64,000 nt of DNA from Candidatus Thermofontivivens primus (lineage in GTDB: Bacteria > Sysuimicrobiota > Sysuimicrobiia > Sysuimicrobiales > Thermofontiviventaceae). The notes beneath the pieces are model-generated. The model ran no database searches. It had not been told where the DNA came from and saw nothing but the letters and a program-made list of their open reading frames with translations. Within the stretch, counting starts at the first letter, position 1. Each line of letters starts with the position of its first letter. Shown one piece after another: positions 18,322 through 28,041 of this stretch. Location of the stretch: contig JAVKJW010000007.1 in assembly GCA_031458695.1 (NCBI GenBank), positions 28,219 through 92,218 on the forward strand. Direction: 5' to 3'. A program made the translations under genes and the position numbers.

Positions 18322-19140
18322 ATGTGGAACGCCAGCCTCGGGGTATCTTCTAGAGTAACCCAGAAGGGTCCGAAGGAACACAAGGTCGTTTCCGCGGTTA
18401 CCCGTGCTGCGCGTATCCTCGTTGCGCTTGCAGAAAGCTCCTCTGCCCTCACCCTCTCGGATCTCACCAAGCGTGTCGGGATCCCCAAAAGTACTGTGCT
18501 TCGCATCTGCCTCACCTTATGCAAATCTGGGCTCCTCGTCCGGCTCCATGATGGGAGGTTCCGGCTTGGGCCGCTGTGTCTACGACTAGGGACCGCTTAC
18601 CAGAATACGTTCCGGCTATCCGATCATGTGATTCCCGTCCTGCAGACCCTCGTCCAGAAGACTGGTGAGAGCGCCTCGTTCTTCATTCGCGAGGGAGACA
18701 AACGCATCTGCCTGTTCCGGGTCGACTCACCAAAGATGGTTCGGGTGTTCTCCCAGGTTGGCGACCATTTCCCCCTGGACCGGGGGGCCGCTGGAAAGGT
18801 CTTGCTCGCGTTCTCTAACGCACAAACCGCGGATTCGCCTAGTTTCCAAGAGATCCGGGAGTCCCTGTACGCAGTCTCCTATGGAGAGCGCGACCCTGAG
18901 GTAGCGGCGGTAGCGTGCCCTGTGTTTGGCCGAGATCAGGTCCTTGTGGGCGCAATCAGCGTCGCAGGTCCGAAGGCAAGGTTTTCCCACGCAGAGATCC
19001 AAAGGGCCTCCAACCTCGTTCGGGCGGAGGCTGCTCGGCTCACGGCTGTGTTAGGGGGCGATCCCACGGTATTCGAGCGTGCAACGAAAAAACTGCGGGA
19101 TTCAAGAACAACCTCACAAGGGGGTGAGCATAATGGCTAA
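18322..19140 (+). CDS. IclR-family transcriptional regulator
   Basis: N-terminal HTH (VTRAARILVALAESSSALTLSDLTKRVGIPKSTVLRICLTLCKSGLL) and a C-terminal IclR effector domain. Start moved to 18322 because the ATG at 18292 overlaps the predicted -10. Confidence 0.7.
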   Translation: MWNASLGVSSRVTQKGPKEHKVVSAVTRAARILVALAESSSALTLSDLTKRVGIPKSTVLRICLTLCKSGLLVRLHDGRFRLGPLCLRLGTAYQNTFRLSDHVIPVLQTLVQKTGESASFFIREGDKRICLFRVDSPKMVRVFSQVGDHFPLDRGAAGKVLLAFSNAQTADSPSFQEIRESLYAVSYGERDPEVAAVACPVFGRDQVLVGAISVAGPKARFSHAEIQRASNLVRAEAARLTAVLGGDPTVFERATKKLRDSRTTSQGGEHNG

Positions 19141-20245
19141 TTGGGTTCGCATGAGTGTTGCAATCCTCGCCTTGGTGGCTCTTGTGCTGCCAGCGGGTGC
19201 GGCTCCAGCGACACCAGGACTTCCTGCATACTATCCTGCCGACTACAGCCGGATCATCGAAGCTTCCAAGGCCGAGGGCAAGCTGCTCATCTACTCGATC
19301 ATGTCCGCCCGGAACTGGGCGCCGGTGCTTGCAGAGTTCAAGAAGCTCTATCCCTGGCTAGAGGTGGAAACACTCGACCTCGGTTCGTATGAGGTGTTTG
19401 AGCGGTACTACGCGGAGTCGGCAAGCGGTGCACGGACCGCAGACATGATGATCTCCATCGCCCCGGACGCTTGGCAAGAGTTTGTCCAGAAAGGACAGGC
19501 CGTTGCCTACGAATCCCCGGAATCCCGCTTCATCCCCACCTGGGCCAAGTTTGGGAAAGAAATCTACATGGTCTCTGCGGACCCAATGGTGTTCATCTGG
19601 AACAAGCGCGCCCTGCGCCCCGAGCTGTGGCCAAAGGGAATGGCACAGCTTGCGGAACTCGTCCAGCAGAACCCACAAACCTTCCGCAACCGCCTGACCA
19701 CATACGATGCGGAGCGTGTGGCAACGGGGTTCGCCATCAACTGGTTCTGGATCAAACGCCATGGTGAGCGGGGGTGGCGCATTCTGGAGACGCTTGCGCG
19801 TGCGGGAGTGAGAGCCCAGAGCAGCGCAGGCCGCATGATCGATAGCGTGCTCGCTGGAGAGAGTGTGGTGGGCTATTTCGTTTCCACCATCTCTGTCTTC
19901 CCAAGGTTCCCCGCTGCCGAACCTGTGCTAGGGTGGGGGATGATCGAGGACGGCACTCCTGTGGCGAACCGCGGGATGGCCATCACCCGCGCGGCGCGGA
20001 GCCCGAATGCCGCCCGTCTCATGCTGGATTTCATCCTTTCCCAGGCCGGCCAGATCGCGTTTGCGGAGGGGGGCCTGACGGCATACCGTCCTGATGTGGC
20101 TGGAAAGGCCAAGTACCATTTGACCGATCTCGCCAAGGCCATCGGGGAGAAGAACCTGATCATCTTCTCCTATGACAAGGACCTGATGGACAAGGCCAAG
20201 CGGGAGGCCTTCCTGGCCCGCTGGAAGAAGATCTACCAGCGCTAG
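19133..20245 (+). CDS. ABC transporter substrate-binding protein (SBP family 1, FbpA/iron(III)-like)
   Basis: Signal peptide (MANWVRMSVAILALVALVLPAGAAP) then a type-II periplasmic binding fold. Operon with a fused two-domain FbpB-type permease and a TOBE-containing ATPase. Confidence 0.75.
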   Translation: MANWVRMSVAILALVALVLPAGAAPATPGLPAYYPADYSRIIEASKAEGKLLIYSIMSARNWAPVLAEFKKLYPWLEVETLDLGSYEVFERYYAESASGARTADMMISIAPDAWQEFVQKGQAVAYESPESRFIPTWAKFGKEIYMVSADPMVFIWNKRALRPELWPKGMAQLAELVQQNPQTFRNRLTTYDAERVATGFAINWFWIKRHGERGWRILETLARAGVRAQSSAGRMIDSVLAGESVVGYFVSTISVFPRFPAAEPVLGWGMIEDGTPVANRGMAITRAARSPNAARLMLDFILSQAGQIAFAEGGLTAYRPDVAGKAKYHLTDLAKAIGEKNLIIFSYDKDLMDKAKREAFLARWKKIYQR

Positions 20246-20248
20246 TAC

Positions 20249-21964
20249 ATGGAAGTTGCGGCGATCATCCACAGGGCTGAGCGAGCGGGAGTGGTGGACC
20301 GGCTCGTGCAGGGGCTCGTCGCCCTCGTAACCATCTTCCTCGTGGCGTTGCCCCTTGTGCCCATCCTCTACCAGAGCTTCCTCTCCAGTCCATTGTACGA
20401 GCCGAGCCGGGCCCTAACGCTCTCCAACTACATCCGGCTCCTAGAGAATCCGGAGTTCCGGAAGGTCCTCTCCAACACTCTGGTGTTCGCTATCGCTACA
20501 ACTGCCCTTGGCGTGGTATTGGGCACCATCCTGGCTATCCTCATTATGCGCACAGACATGCCAGGACGGACTTACCTATCGGGGTTGGTCATCTCTCCTC
20601 TGTTCCTGAGCCCACTCGTCATCGCCTTTGCCTGGACGGTGATCTTTGGGCCGCAGGGATACCTGACCCAGCTCTTCCGAAGCCTCGCTGGTAGGGACCC
20701 GTGGAACCTGTACTCTCTTGGAGGGATGGCTATCCTGGGCGGGGTCTACTACGCGCCCTATACCTACCTCTATGCCTCGGGAAGCCTCGCGCTCTCGGAT
20801 CCTTCGGTGGAAGATGCGGCACGTATCGCTGGTGCTGGACCCCTGCGGACGTTATGGCGGGTAACGCTCCCTCTCCTCCGGCCGGCACTCCTGTATAGTG
20901 GCCTGTTGACGTTCATCGCTGCCGCAGAGGTTCTCAGCATCCCCCTTGTCCTGGGGACGCCTGTAGGGATTGAGCTTTTCTCCTCCTTCCTCTATAAGCT
21001 TGGGATCGTAGGCGGAACGACAGAATACGGGATGATCGCCGCAGCTTCAGTGCTGGTGCTCGTTTTCCTGACACTCCTCATCGCGCTCCAGGAGCGGCTG
21101 CTCGGAGGGCGGCGTCGGTTCGTCACGGTGACAGGGCGGGCGACACGTGCGCGCCTCCTTTCGCTGGGTCGGATCCGGTGGGCTGCGGCCGCATGGTGCT
21201 GGCTTTACGTCTTCCTGGCGATCATCCTCCCGCTTGTCGGGATCGTCGCCCAGTCCTTCACGGCCTTCCTAAGCCCCTTCATGAACCCTTTGGAGGTCAT
21301 GACCCTGGATCATTACCGGTTGATCTTTGGCCATAGCGCCTACGCACGGTCCATCCTCAACAGCTTCCTCATCGCCTTCGCAGGAGGTGCTGTAGGGATC
21401 CTGTTCATGGCCCTTGTGACCCTTGTGGCGTTCCGTTCCGACTTCCCGCTTCGGAGACTTTTGATTTACGTTGCCCTTTACCCCCGGGCAATCCCTGGGA
21501 TCATCGTGGGCATCGGGTTCCTGTGGACATTCCTCCTCCTCCCAGGGCTGGGGGCGTTGCGCAACACGATCCTTGGTCTCACCCTTGCGTTCATCACACG
21601 ATACATCCCCTATGGCTTCGGTGCGGTGAGCCCTGCGGTCTTCCGAGTTAGCGAGGAGATGGACCGAGCCGCTCGCGTTGTGGGTGCGAGCTGGATCACA
21701 ACCATCCGCAAGGTCCTCCTGCCACTTCTCCGGGAGGCTCTCTTCGGAGGATACGCCCTCTTGTTCATCACGTTCCTGAAGGAGTACGCCTCAGCGGTCT
21801 TTCTCTTCGCCCGCGGGAGTGAAGTCATGGGGACAACCATGATCGAGCTGTGGCGCCAGGGAGACAGCGGCCCCGTGTCGGCCCTGGCTGTCGTGCAGGT
21901 TGTGCTCACGCTTCTCTGGCTTGGGATCGCCCGGGGGGTGCTTGGGGTGAAGGTCTATGGCTGA
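20249..21964 (+). CDS. ABC transporter permease, fused two-domain FbpB-type
   Basis: 571 aa with two tandem BPD_transp_1 domains and two EAA-like loops (EDAARIAGAGPLRTLWRVTLP and DRAARVVGASWITTIRKVLLP). Confidence 0.8.
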   Translation: MEVAAIIHRAERAGVVDRLVQGLVALVTIFLVALPLVPILYQSFLSSPLYEPSRALTLSNYIRLLENPEFRKVLSNTLVFAIATTALGVVLGTILAILIMRTDMPGRTYLSGLVISPLFLSPLVIAFAWTVIFGPQGYLTQLFRSLAGRDPWNLYSLGGMAILGGVYYAPYTYLYASGSLALSDPSVEDAARIAGAGPLRTLWRVTLPLLRPALLYSGLLTFIAAAEVLSIPLVLGTPVGIELFSSFLYKLGIVGGTTEYGMIAAASVLVLVFLTLLIALQERLLGGRRRFVTVTGRATRARLLSLGRIRWAAAAWCWLYVFLAIILPLVGIVAQSFTAFLSPFMNPLEVMTLDHYRLIFGHSAYARSILNSFLIAFAGGAVGILFMALVTLVAFRSDFPLRRLLIYVALYPRAIPGIIVGIGFLWTFLLLPGLGALRNTILGLTLAFITRYIPYGFGAVSPAVFRVSEEMDRAARVVGASWITTIRKVLLPLLREALFGGYALLFITFLKEYASAVFLFARGSEVMGTTMIELWRQGDSGPVSALAVVQVVLTLLWLGIARGVLGVKVYG

Positions 21965-23072
21965 GCTGGTGGTGGAGGGGCTTCGCAAGCGCTTCGATGG
22001 CGTCCTGGCTGTGGACGGGGTGAGCTTTACCGTCCGCGACGGGGAGATGGTGACTCTCTTAGGGCCATCAGGGTGCGGGAAATCCACGACCCTCAATTGT
22101 ATCGCCGGGTTGGAGGTTCCAGACGAAGGAGTCATCAAGTTTGGGGACCGCATCCTCACCGACACACGGCGGGGGATCTTCCTGCGTCCCGAGGCGCGCA
22201 ACGTCGGCATGGTATTTCAGTCCTATGCGCTCTGGCCCCACATGACGGTGTTCGAAAACTTAGCCTTCGGGCTCCGCATGCGCAGGGTCCCCCAGGCGGA
22301 GATCCGGCGGCGCATCGAATGGATCCTGTCCTTGTTACAGCTTGAAGGCTTTGAGCATCGATACCCACACCAGCTGTCCGGTGGGCAACAGCAGCGCATT
22401 GCTCTTGCGAGGGCCCTCGTCTATGAACCGAGTATCCTGTTGCTCGATGAACCGTTGTCCAACTTGGATGCCAAGCTCCGGGAGCAGGCACGGTTCTGGT
22501 TGCGGGAGTTGCAGCAGCGGCTCCGCATCACAGCGATCTATGTGACCCACGACCAAGCAGAGGCCCTGGCGCTTTCAGACCGCGTGGTGGTGATGAACCG
22601 TGGTCGCATTATGGCCATCGGAACCCCACGGGAGATCTATGAGCTCCCTCCAAACCCCTTCGTGGCCGATTTTATCGGCTCCTGTAACTTCCTCCATGGT
22701 CATATCGAGACCATCGGGGAAGCGAACCGGATTACTGTGAAGTTGGAGAAGGGAATTCCGTTGCAGGCCTCCGCCCTGTACCGGTTTTCCCCTGGGCAGC
22801 CGGTGATCGTGGCAGTGCGGCCACAACGAATCCGCATCCATACTGATGGTCCTAAGGAGACGAACACCCTCCCCGGGAAGGTAGAGTCAGGCTTATACTT
22901 GGGAGCGTCGTTCCAGTATGTCCTCGAAACCCCCGTGGGAACGCTGCGTGTAGAAGCAACAGAGCCTGTGCAGGGGGAGGTCACCCTCTACCTGCCGCCG
23001 GAGTGGTGCATTGTGCTTCCCGCATCGGATTCTGGAGACGAGGGAGGGAGCCCTGCGGATGCTGCCACTTGA
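21957..23072 (+). CDS. ABC transporter ATP-binding protein with C-terminal TOBE domain (FbpC/PotA class)
   Basis: Walker A GPSGCGKST, signature LSGGQQQRIALARAL, Walker B LLLDEPLSNLD. Confidence 0.85.
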   Translation: MAELVVEGLRKRFDGVLAVDGVSFTVRDGEMVTLLGPSGCGKSTTLNCIAGLEVPDEGVIKFGDRILTDTRRGIFLRPEARNVGMVFQSYALWPHMTVFENLAFGLRMRRVPQAEIRRRIEWILSLLQLEGFEHRYPHQLSGGQQQRIALARALVYEPSILLLDEPLSNLDAKLREQARFWLRELQQRLRITAIYVTHDQAEALALSDRVVVMNRGRIMAIGTPREIYELPPNPFVADFIGSCNFLHGHIETIGEANRITVKLEKGIPLQASALYRFSPGQPVIVAVRPQRIRIHTDGPKETNTLPGKVESGLYLGASFQYVLETPVGTLRVEATEPVQGEVTLYLPPEWCIVLPASDSGDEGGSPADAAT

Positions 23073-24240
23073 GGATCTCCGTGTGCTGGATCTGTCCCGC
23101 CTTGTGGCAGGGAACATGCTGACCCTTGTCCTTGCGGATTTCGGCGCAGATGTGGTCAAAGTGGAGCAGCCCGGAGTCGGGGACCCGCTACGAACCTGGA
23201 AGACGAACAACCTGGACCTGTGGTGGAAGGTCTATGCGCGGAACAAACGGAGCATCACACTGAACCTGGCGCACCCGCAAGGACGCTCCCTCCTGTTGCA
23301 GATGGTCGACCACTTCGATGTGCTCGTGGAGAATTTCGTCCCTGGCACGCTCGAGCGATGGGGGATCGCCCCGGATGTCTTGCTCGCCCGGAATCCACGG
23401 CTCGTCGTGGTCCGGATCTCCGGATGGGGGCAGACAGGGCCATACCGGGAGAGGCCAGGGCTTGGAACGTTGATCGAGGCCATGAGCGGGTTTGCGGCCA
23501 TGACAGGATTTCCTGATCGACCGCCGACCCTGCCGCCATTTCCCCTCGCCGATATGGTTGCAGCTCTGTGGGGCGTTGCGGCAACGGTCATCGCCGTCTC
23601 CCATGCGCGGCGGTCGGGAAACGGGCAGGTCATCGACCTCGCCATTCTTGAACCGCTTTTTGCCATCCTGGGACCTGTCGCTGCCGAGTATCGGTTGGCA
23701 GGGAAAGTGCGGGAACGGATCGGCAACCGATCGTACAATGCCGCGCCCCGAAATACCTACAAGACCGCGGACGGCCAGTGGGTGGCCATCTCTGCATCCA
23801 CTCCCCATACTGCCGCCCGCCTGTTCGAGGCCCTTGGGCTGTCTGAGCTTCTTTCTGACCCTCGGTTTGCGACAAACGAGGCCCGGGTCCAGCACGCAGA
23901 AGCGCTCGACGAGATCCTCGGGGAAGCGATCGGGAGGTATACGCTCCAGGAATTGATGGAACTGTTCACACGCCACGAAGTAACTGCCGCACCGGTGTAT
24001 AATGTTGCACAACTCCTCGCAGATCCGCACGTCCAAGCGCGTGCGCTGGTGATCGAGGTAGAGGACCCCCAGTTGGGAAGAATTCCCATGCATCTCCCCC
24101 TCCCCCGTCTTACGGGCACACCGGGTGCAATCCGTTGGCCCGGCCCTCCCCTTGGGGCCCACAACGAGGAGTTCTATCGAGGGGAACTTGGACTTACGAC
24201 TGCAGAACTAGAACGATTGAAGGCAGAAGGTGTGATTTAG
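23059..24240 (+). CDS. Family III CoA-transferase (CaiB/BaiF family)
   Basis: N-terminal LRVLDLSRLVAGNMLTLVLADFGADVVKVE and interlocked-dimer family motifs (GWGQTGPYRERPGLGTLIEAMSGF). Start at MLPLEDLRV. Confidence 0.8.
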   Translation: MLPLEDLRVLDLSRLVAGNMLTLVLADFGADVVKVEQPGVGDPLRTWKTNNLDLWWKVYARNKRSITLNLAHPQGRSLLLQMVDHFDVLVENFVPGTLERWGIAPDVLLARNPRLVVVRISGWGQTGPYRERPGLGTLIEAMSGFAAMTGFPDRPPTLPPFPLADMVAALWGVAATVIAVSHARRSGNGQVIDLAILEPLFAILGPVAAEYRLAGKVRERIGNRSYNAAPRNTYKTADGQWVAISASTPHTAARLFEALGLSELLSDPRFATNEARVQHAEALDEILGEAIGRYTLQELMELFTRHEVTAAPVYNVAQLLADPHVQARALVIEVEDPQLGRIPMHLPLPRLTGTPGAIRWPGPPLGAHNEEFYRGELGLTTAELERLKAEGVI

Positions 24241-24315
24241 GTAGCTCAGTGTTCAGAAGGAGACTGAGCAAAACTCCTGGGCCTCTTGCGAGGTGCCTGG
24301 AAGAGGAGGATGCCT

Positions 24316-25077
24316 ATGGAAGCGTGGAGGACGTCGATTTCTACCTATGATCGCGACCGCATCATCCTGCGGGGATACCGCGTGGAGGATCTCATGCATC
24401 GCGGGAACTTTGGGGATGTGGCATTCTTGCTTCTCCGCGGCCGCATGCCCTCCCCTGCCGAGTCCAGACTGTGGAATGCGATCCTCATCGCCTCCTCAGA
24501 CCATGGACCCACTCCCCCTTCCACCATGGCCGCGCGTGTCATCGCCAGCGGAAACCGGAAGGCGGTGGAGGCTGCTGTTGCAGGAGGCTTGCTCGCAATA
24601 GGGGATGCGCATGGCGGGGCGGGAGAGGAAGCGATGCGGATGTTGCAGGAAGGGATCGAGTTGATCTCTCGCGAGGGGATCTCTGTGGAGGAAGCTGGAA
24701 GACAGCTCGTGCAGCGATACCGGATGGAGGGCAAGAGGATCCCAGGTGTGGGACACAGGGTGCACGAGCGAGATCCGAGAACCGTGGCCCTGTGGGCGAT
24801 GGCCAAGGAGGAAGGAATTGCCGAACTTCCCATTGCCCTGATGCAAGCCATTGCCGATGCCCTCTCCATGCAGGTCGGTCGAACGCTCCCGGTGAACGTG
24901 GACGGAGCGCTTGCGGCCGTCTTGCTGGGCCTGGAATTCCCTCCTGAAGTCGGGAAACTCGTGTTCATCCTCGGCCGGTGCGCAGGCATCGCGGCACATG
25001 TGGTGGAGGAACTGACGCGGGAGGCGCCTATGAGGATCCACGTGCCGTTCACTTACGATGGCCCACAACCGGAATAG
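24316..25077 (+). CDS. Short citrate-synthase-fold protein (citryl-CoA lyase-like / citrate synthase small-domain homolog)
   Basis: About 253 aa, carrying the citrate-synthase catalytic signature GHRVHERDPR, the DHG/HGGA region (SSDHGPTPPSTMAARV, GDAHGGAGEEA) and the C-terminal D-x-containing helix. Length and motifs resemble Ccl-type citryl-CoA lyase rather than full-length citrate synthase. Confidence 0.55.
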   Translation: MEAWRTSISTYDRDRIILRGYRVEDLMHRGNFGDVAFLLLRGRMPSPAESRLWNAILIASSDHGPTPPSTMAARVIASGNRKAVEAAVAGGLLAIGDAHGGAGEEAMRMLQEGIELISREGISVEEAGRQLVQRYRMEGKRIPGVGHRVHERDPRTVALWAMAKEEGIAELPIALMQAIADALSMQVGRTLPVNVDGALAAVLLGLEFPPEVGKLVFILGRCAGIAAHVVEELTREAPMRIHVPFTYDGPQPE

Positions 25078-25106
25078 GTTGCGAGCAAGCGCACAGGATT
25101 TCGAAG

Positions 25107-26483
25107 ATGCGTGACCCGTACCTCGAAGTGTTCGCAGCATATGCACGGAGCATCCAGTGGAAGGATCTCCCGCAGGAAACGGTCCATGAAGTGAAACGCC
25201 GTATCCTCGACTCCCTCGGAGTGGCACTGCTAGCTTTAGGAGCAGAGGCCGTTGCTGCAGCACGGAACCTTGCCTATGAAGTTGCTTCCCCACGAGGCGC
25301 GAGCATCTGGGGAACGCGAGTCAGGGCATCTCCAGACCTCGCTGCCTTTGTCAATGGGATCATGGTCCGCACGCTCGACTACAACGATACTTACCTGTCT
25401 CGGGAGCCACTCCACCCAAGCGATATGATCGCCCCCCTGATGGCAGTCGCAGAATATCGGGACTGCCCGACCACGGAGCTGGTCACCGCAATCGCGGTGG
25501 CATACGAGATTGGTGTCTCCCTGTGCGATGCCGGGAGTCTACGCAAACACGGGTGGGACCATGTCAATTATCTGGGAGTTGCGACTGCCTCCGCAGCAGG
25601 GCGTCTTTTCGGCTTAGAACCGGAGGCCTTGGAGCATGCGATCTCCCTGACAGTTGTGCCGCACGCCGCCATGCGCCAGACGCGTTCGGGGGAGCTCTCC
25701 ATGTGGAAGGGAGCTGCGGCTGCCAATGCCTGTCGCAACGCCATTTTCTCCTGTCTTTTAGCGGCAAAGGGGATGAGGGGCCCATTCCAACCATTTGTGG
25801 GGGAGATGGGGTTTATCCGCCAGCTCCTCAAGGGTGAGGAGTTCGATCAGGAGGCCTTCAGGTCTCTCCAGGAACGGCGGCCGCCGCGGAGGATCCTGGA
25901 CACATCCCTAAAGTATTGGCCGGTAGAATACCATGCCCAGACTGCGGTAGACGCGGCTCTTCAGGTGCGCGGAGAGATTGAAGATCCGAGTCGTATCTCC
26001 CACATCGAGATCCATACTTTCAAGGCCGCCTATGAGATCATTGCCAAAGACCCCGAGAAATGGGCGCCTCAGACACGGGAGACGGCGGATCATTCCCTGC
26101 CCTATACCGTGGTCGTTGCCCTTCTCGATGGGGAGCTCACATGGCGATCGTTCGACCCAGAGCGCTTCTCGGATCCTCTGATCCGGAAGATGCTTGCAGA
26201 GCATACCACACTGTGGGAGGACCCTGCACTCACAGCGGCTTACCCGCAGGCGGTCCCTAACCGCATTGTCGTGCGGACCAGGGATGGGTCCGAGGTCGTA
26301 CGGGAGGTATGGTATCCGCGCGGCCACGTGCGCAATCCCATGACCGACGAGGAGGTCGTGGAGAAGTTCCGGAAAAACGTCAGCGGGGTGCTCCCAACAG
26401 CCAAGGCTGAGCGACTTGTAGAGTGCGTGATGGGGATCGAGCGATCTTCGATCCATGAGATTGTGGACCTCATGGTGGTTTGA
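25107..26483 (+). CDS. MmgE/PrpD-family protein (2-methylcitrate dehydratase / cis-aconitate decarboxylase family)
   Basis: 459 aa with family-wide motifs (TLDYNDTYLSREPLHPSDMIAPLMAVAE and the KHGWDHVNYLGVATASAAGRL region). Confidence 0.8.
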   Translation: MRDPYLEVFAAYARSIQWKDLPQETVHEVKRRILDSLGVALLALGAEAVAAARNLAYEVASPRGASIWGTRVRASPDLAAFVNGIMVRTLDYNDTYLSREPLHPSDMIAPLMAVAEYRDCPTTELVTAIAVAYEIGVSLCDAGSLRKHGWDHVNYLGVATASAAGRLFGLEPEALEHAISLTVVPHAAMRQTRSGELSMWKGAAAANACRNAIFSCLLAAKGMRGPFQPFVGEMGFIRQLLKGEEFDQEAFRSLQERRPPRRILDTSLKYWPVEYHAQTAVDAALQVRGEIEDPSRISHIEIHTFKAAYEIIAKDPEKWAPQTRETADHSLPYTVVVALLDGELTWRSFDPERFSDPLIRKMLAEHTTLWEDPALTAAYPQAVPNRIVVRTRDGSEVVREVWYPRGHVRNPMTDEEVVEKFRKNVSGVLPTAKAERLVECVMGIERSSIHEIVDLMVV

Positions 26484-26641
26484 GTGGAAGCTCACCCAGC
26501 AACGCCTCCGTCCGTCGGCACTCAACCGTACTCTCCTGTATTCCTGTCAAACCATCTTCTCGGTTCCAAGACCTTGTCTTGGGGTAGCAGCCCTGCTATA
26601 CTGGTTGTAACGTTTGTATACTCTGTAAACAAAAGAGACAG

Positions 26642-27064
26642 GTGATCGGTGTGTCCCGGGTCGTCAGTATGCGGTTGAAGGATGCGGAAGCGGAAAAGCT
26701 GAAGCGTCTCGCACAGCGCCTTCGGAGATCCGTTTCTGAGACGGCCTCTCTCCTTCTCTCAGAAAAGCTGCGTGAGGAAGAGTTTCCTCTCATCGAGTTC
26801 CGCGCCTCCGGCCTCGGGAGACAACCTTATATCAAGGGTACCGGCCTGGCGGTATGGGAGGTCGCCCTCGTAGCAAAGCAGCTGGGCATGGACGCGCGAA
26901 AGGTTGCGGAACATCTCGGCTGGCCGGAGGAGCGCGTCCAGGCCGCCCTCAGATATGCGGAGGTCTACCCGGACGAAGTCTGGCCGCTTGTGGAAGAGGC
27001 CGAATCCACAACTCTCCAGCAGCTCCGGCGGAAGCTTCCCTGGCTTGAAGAGGTTGCACCGTAG
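26642..27064 (+). CDS. DUF433-domain antitoxin-like protein with N-terminal ribbon-helix-helix
   Basis: RHH-like N-terminus (SRVVSMRLKDAEAEKLKRLAQRL) and a DUF433 core (GRQPYIKGTGLAVWEVALVAKQLGMDARKVAEHLGWPEERVQAALRYA). GTG start. The upstream AT-richer region has TATACT elements. Confidence 0.6.
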   Translation: MIGVSRVVSMRLKDAEAEKLKRLAQRLRRSVSETASLLLSEKLREEEFPLIEFRASGLGRQPYIKGTGLAVWEVALVAKQLGMDARKVAEHLGWPEERVQAALRYAEVYPDEVWPLVEEAESTTLQQLRRKLPWLEEVAP

Positions 27065-27427
27065 GTGAGCTACCTCCTCGACGAGCACTTCTCCCCTGCA
27101 GTGGCACATGGGTTGCGCGCGCGGGACATACAGGCAAGCACCTTGAGGGAATTTGCCGGAGGCCGATATGTGGCGGCGGACGATGCCGAGATCCTGATCG
27201 CCGCTCGCGACGCTGGCCTGGTCTTTGTTACCTTCGACGTCCACACCATCCCCGAAGTCCTGCGGTCCTTTGCAGAAGCGGGGACAGAGCACGGTGGGGT
27301 GGTGCTCGTGAGTACCCGGTCGTTCAGACAGGACGACATCGGGGGATTGATTGCCAGCCTGGAGCGTCTGCACCACAAGCTCCAACGGGAAGGAAGCCGC
27401 AACCGCGTCCTCTACCTGGTGGGTTGA
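27065..27427 (+). CDS. DUF5615-family PIN-like protein (putative toxin partner of DUF433)
   Basis: 120 aa. Its start abuts the DUF433 stop. The acidic PIN-like pattern (LLDEHFSP, the FVTFDVHTIPE region) and the conserved DUF433-DUF5615 gene order support the call. Confidence 0.5.
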   Translation: MSYLLDEHFSPAVAHGLRARDIQASTLREFAGGRYVAADDAEILIAARDAGLVFVTFDVHTIPEVLRSFAEAGTEHGGVVLVSTRSFRQDDIGGLIASLERLHHKLQREGSRNRVLYLVG

Positions 27428-27663
27428 ACAGCAACCTCTCGGTCTCAGCGCAAGCGAGAGGCTCAGGCTCTCTGCCCACCTCTCCACAGTGTCCTCCGAA
27501 AAATCGGCGCGCCGTGGAACAGGCAGAGGAGACTGTAAGCGATCCGGCAACCGGTGTCGAGAAGGCTTGACAAACGTAGTCCCTCCACATCGATGCTTTC
27601 TGCCAATTGGATGGAGGTGCGCTAGGGGTCAACCGCCAAAGTCGCGTCTGAGCGATCTTCGAA

Positions 27664-28035
27664 TCATCGCAGCACTTCAATGCGTTGTGCCTCGATCTCG
27701 TTGTAGAACGTGTACTGCCCCACCCGCTTCATCTTGTCGAACCGGCCTACCACACGCACGCGCAGGCCATTCCGGAGGCCCTGGTGACGCCAAGCGAAAA
27801 CTGCCACAGATGCTCCGCCCTCTTCCAGCCGGAAGGTCGTATAAGGGTTGCCACGAGCGGAGATGCGTTCGCGGTAGGCAGCAATGGTTCCCGTCACGCT
27901 GACGATCTGACCGTCGTATCGGTCGGGGTTCTGGACAATATCTCGGACAGTAACCGTTAGTTGGGCGAGAGCTGAGGGAAGCAGTAGGGTGACAAGGAGG
28001 AAGACAAGAAAAACTTTCACACGAAGGGGCTTCAT
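27664..28035 (-). CDS. Secreted small protein, OB-fold-like, function unknown
   Basis: Signal peptide (MKPLRVKVFLVFLLVTLLLPSALAQ) then a beta-rich about 95-aa domain. Downstream of a 100-aa hypothetical in the same orientation. Confidence 0.45.
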   Translation of the reverse strand: MKPLRVKVFLVFLLVTLLLPSALAQLTVTVRDIVQNPDRYDGQIVSVTGTIAAYRERISARGNPYTTFRLEEGGASVAVFAWRHQGLRNGLRVRVVGRFDKMKRVGQYTFYNEIEAQRIEVLR

Positions 28036-28041
28036 CTTCTC

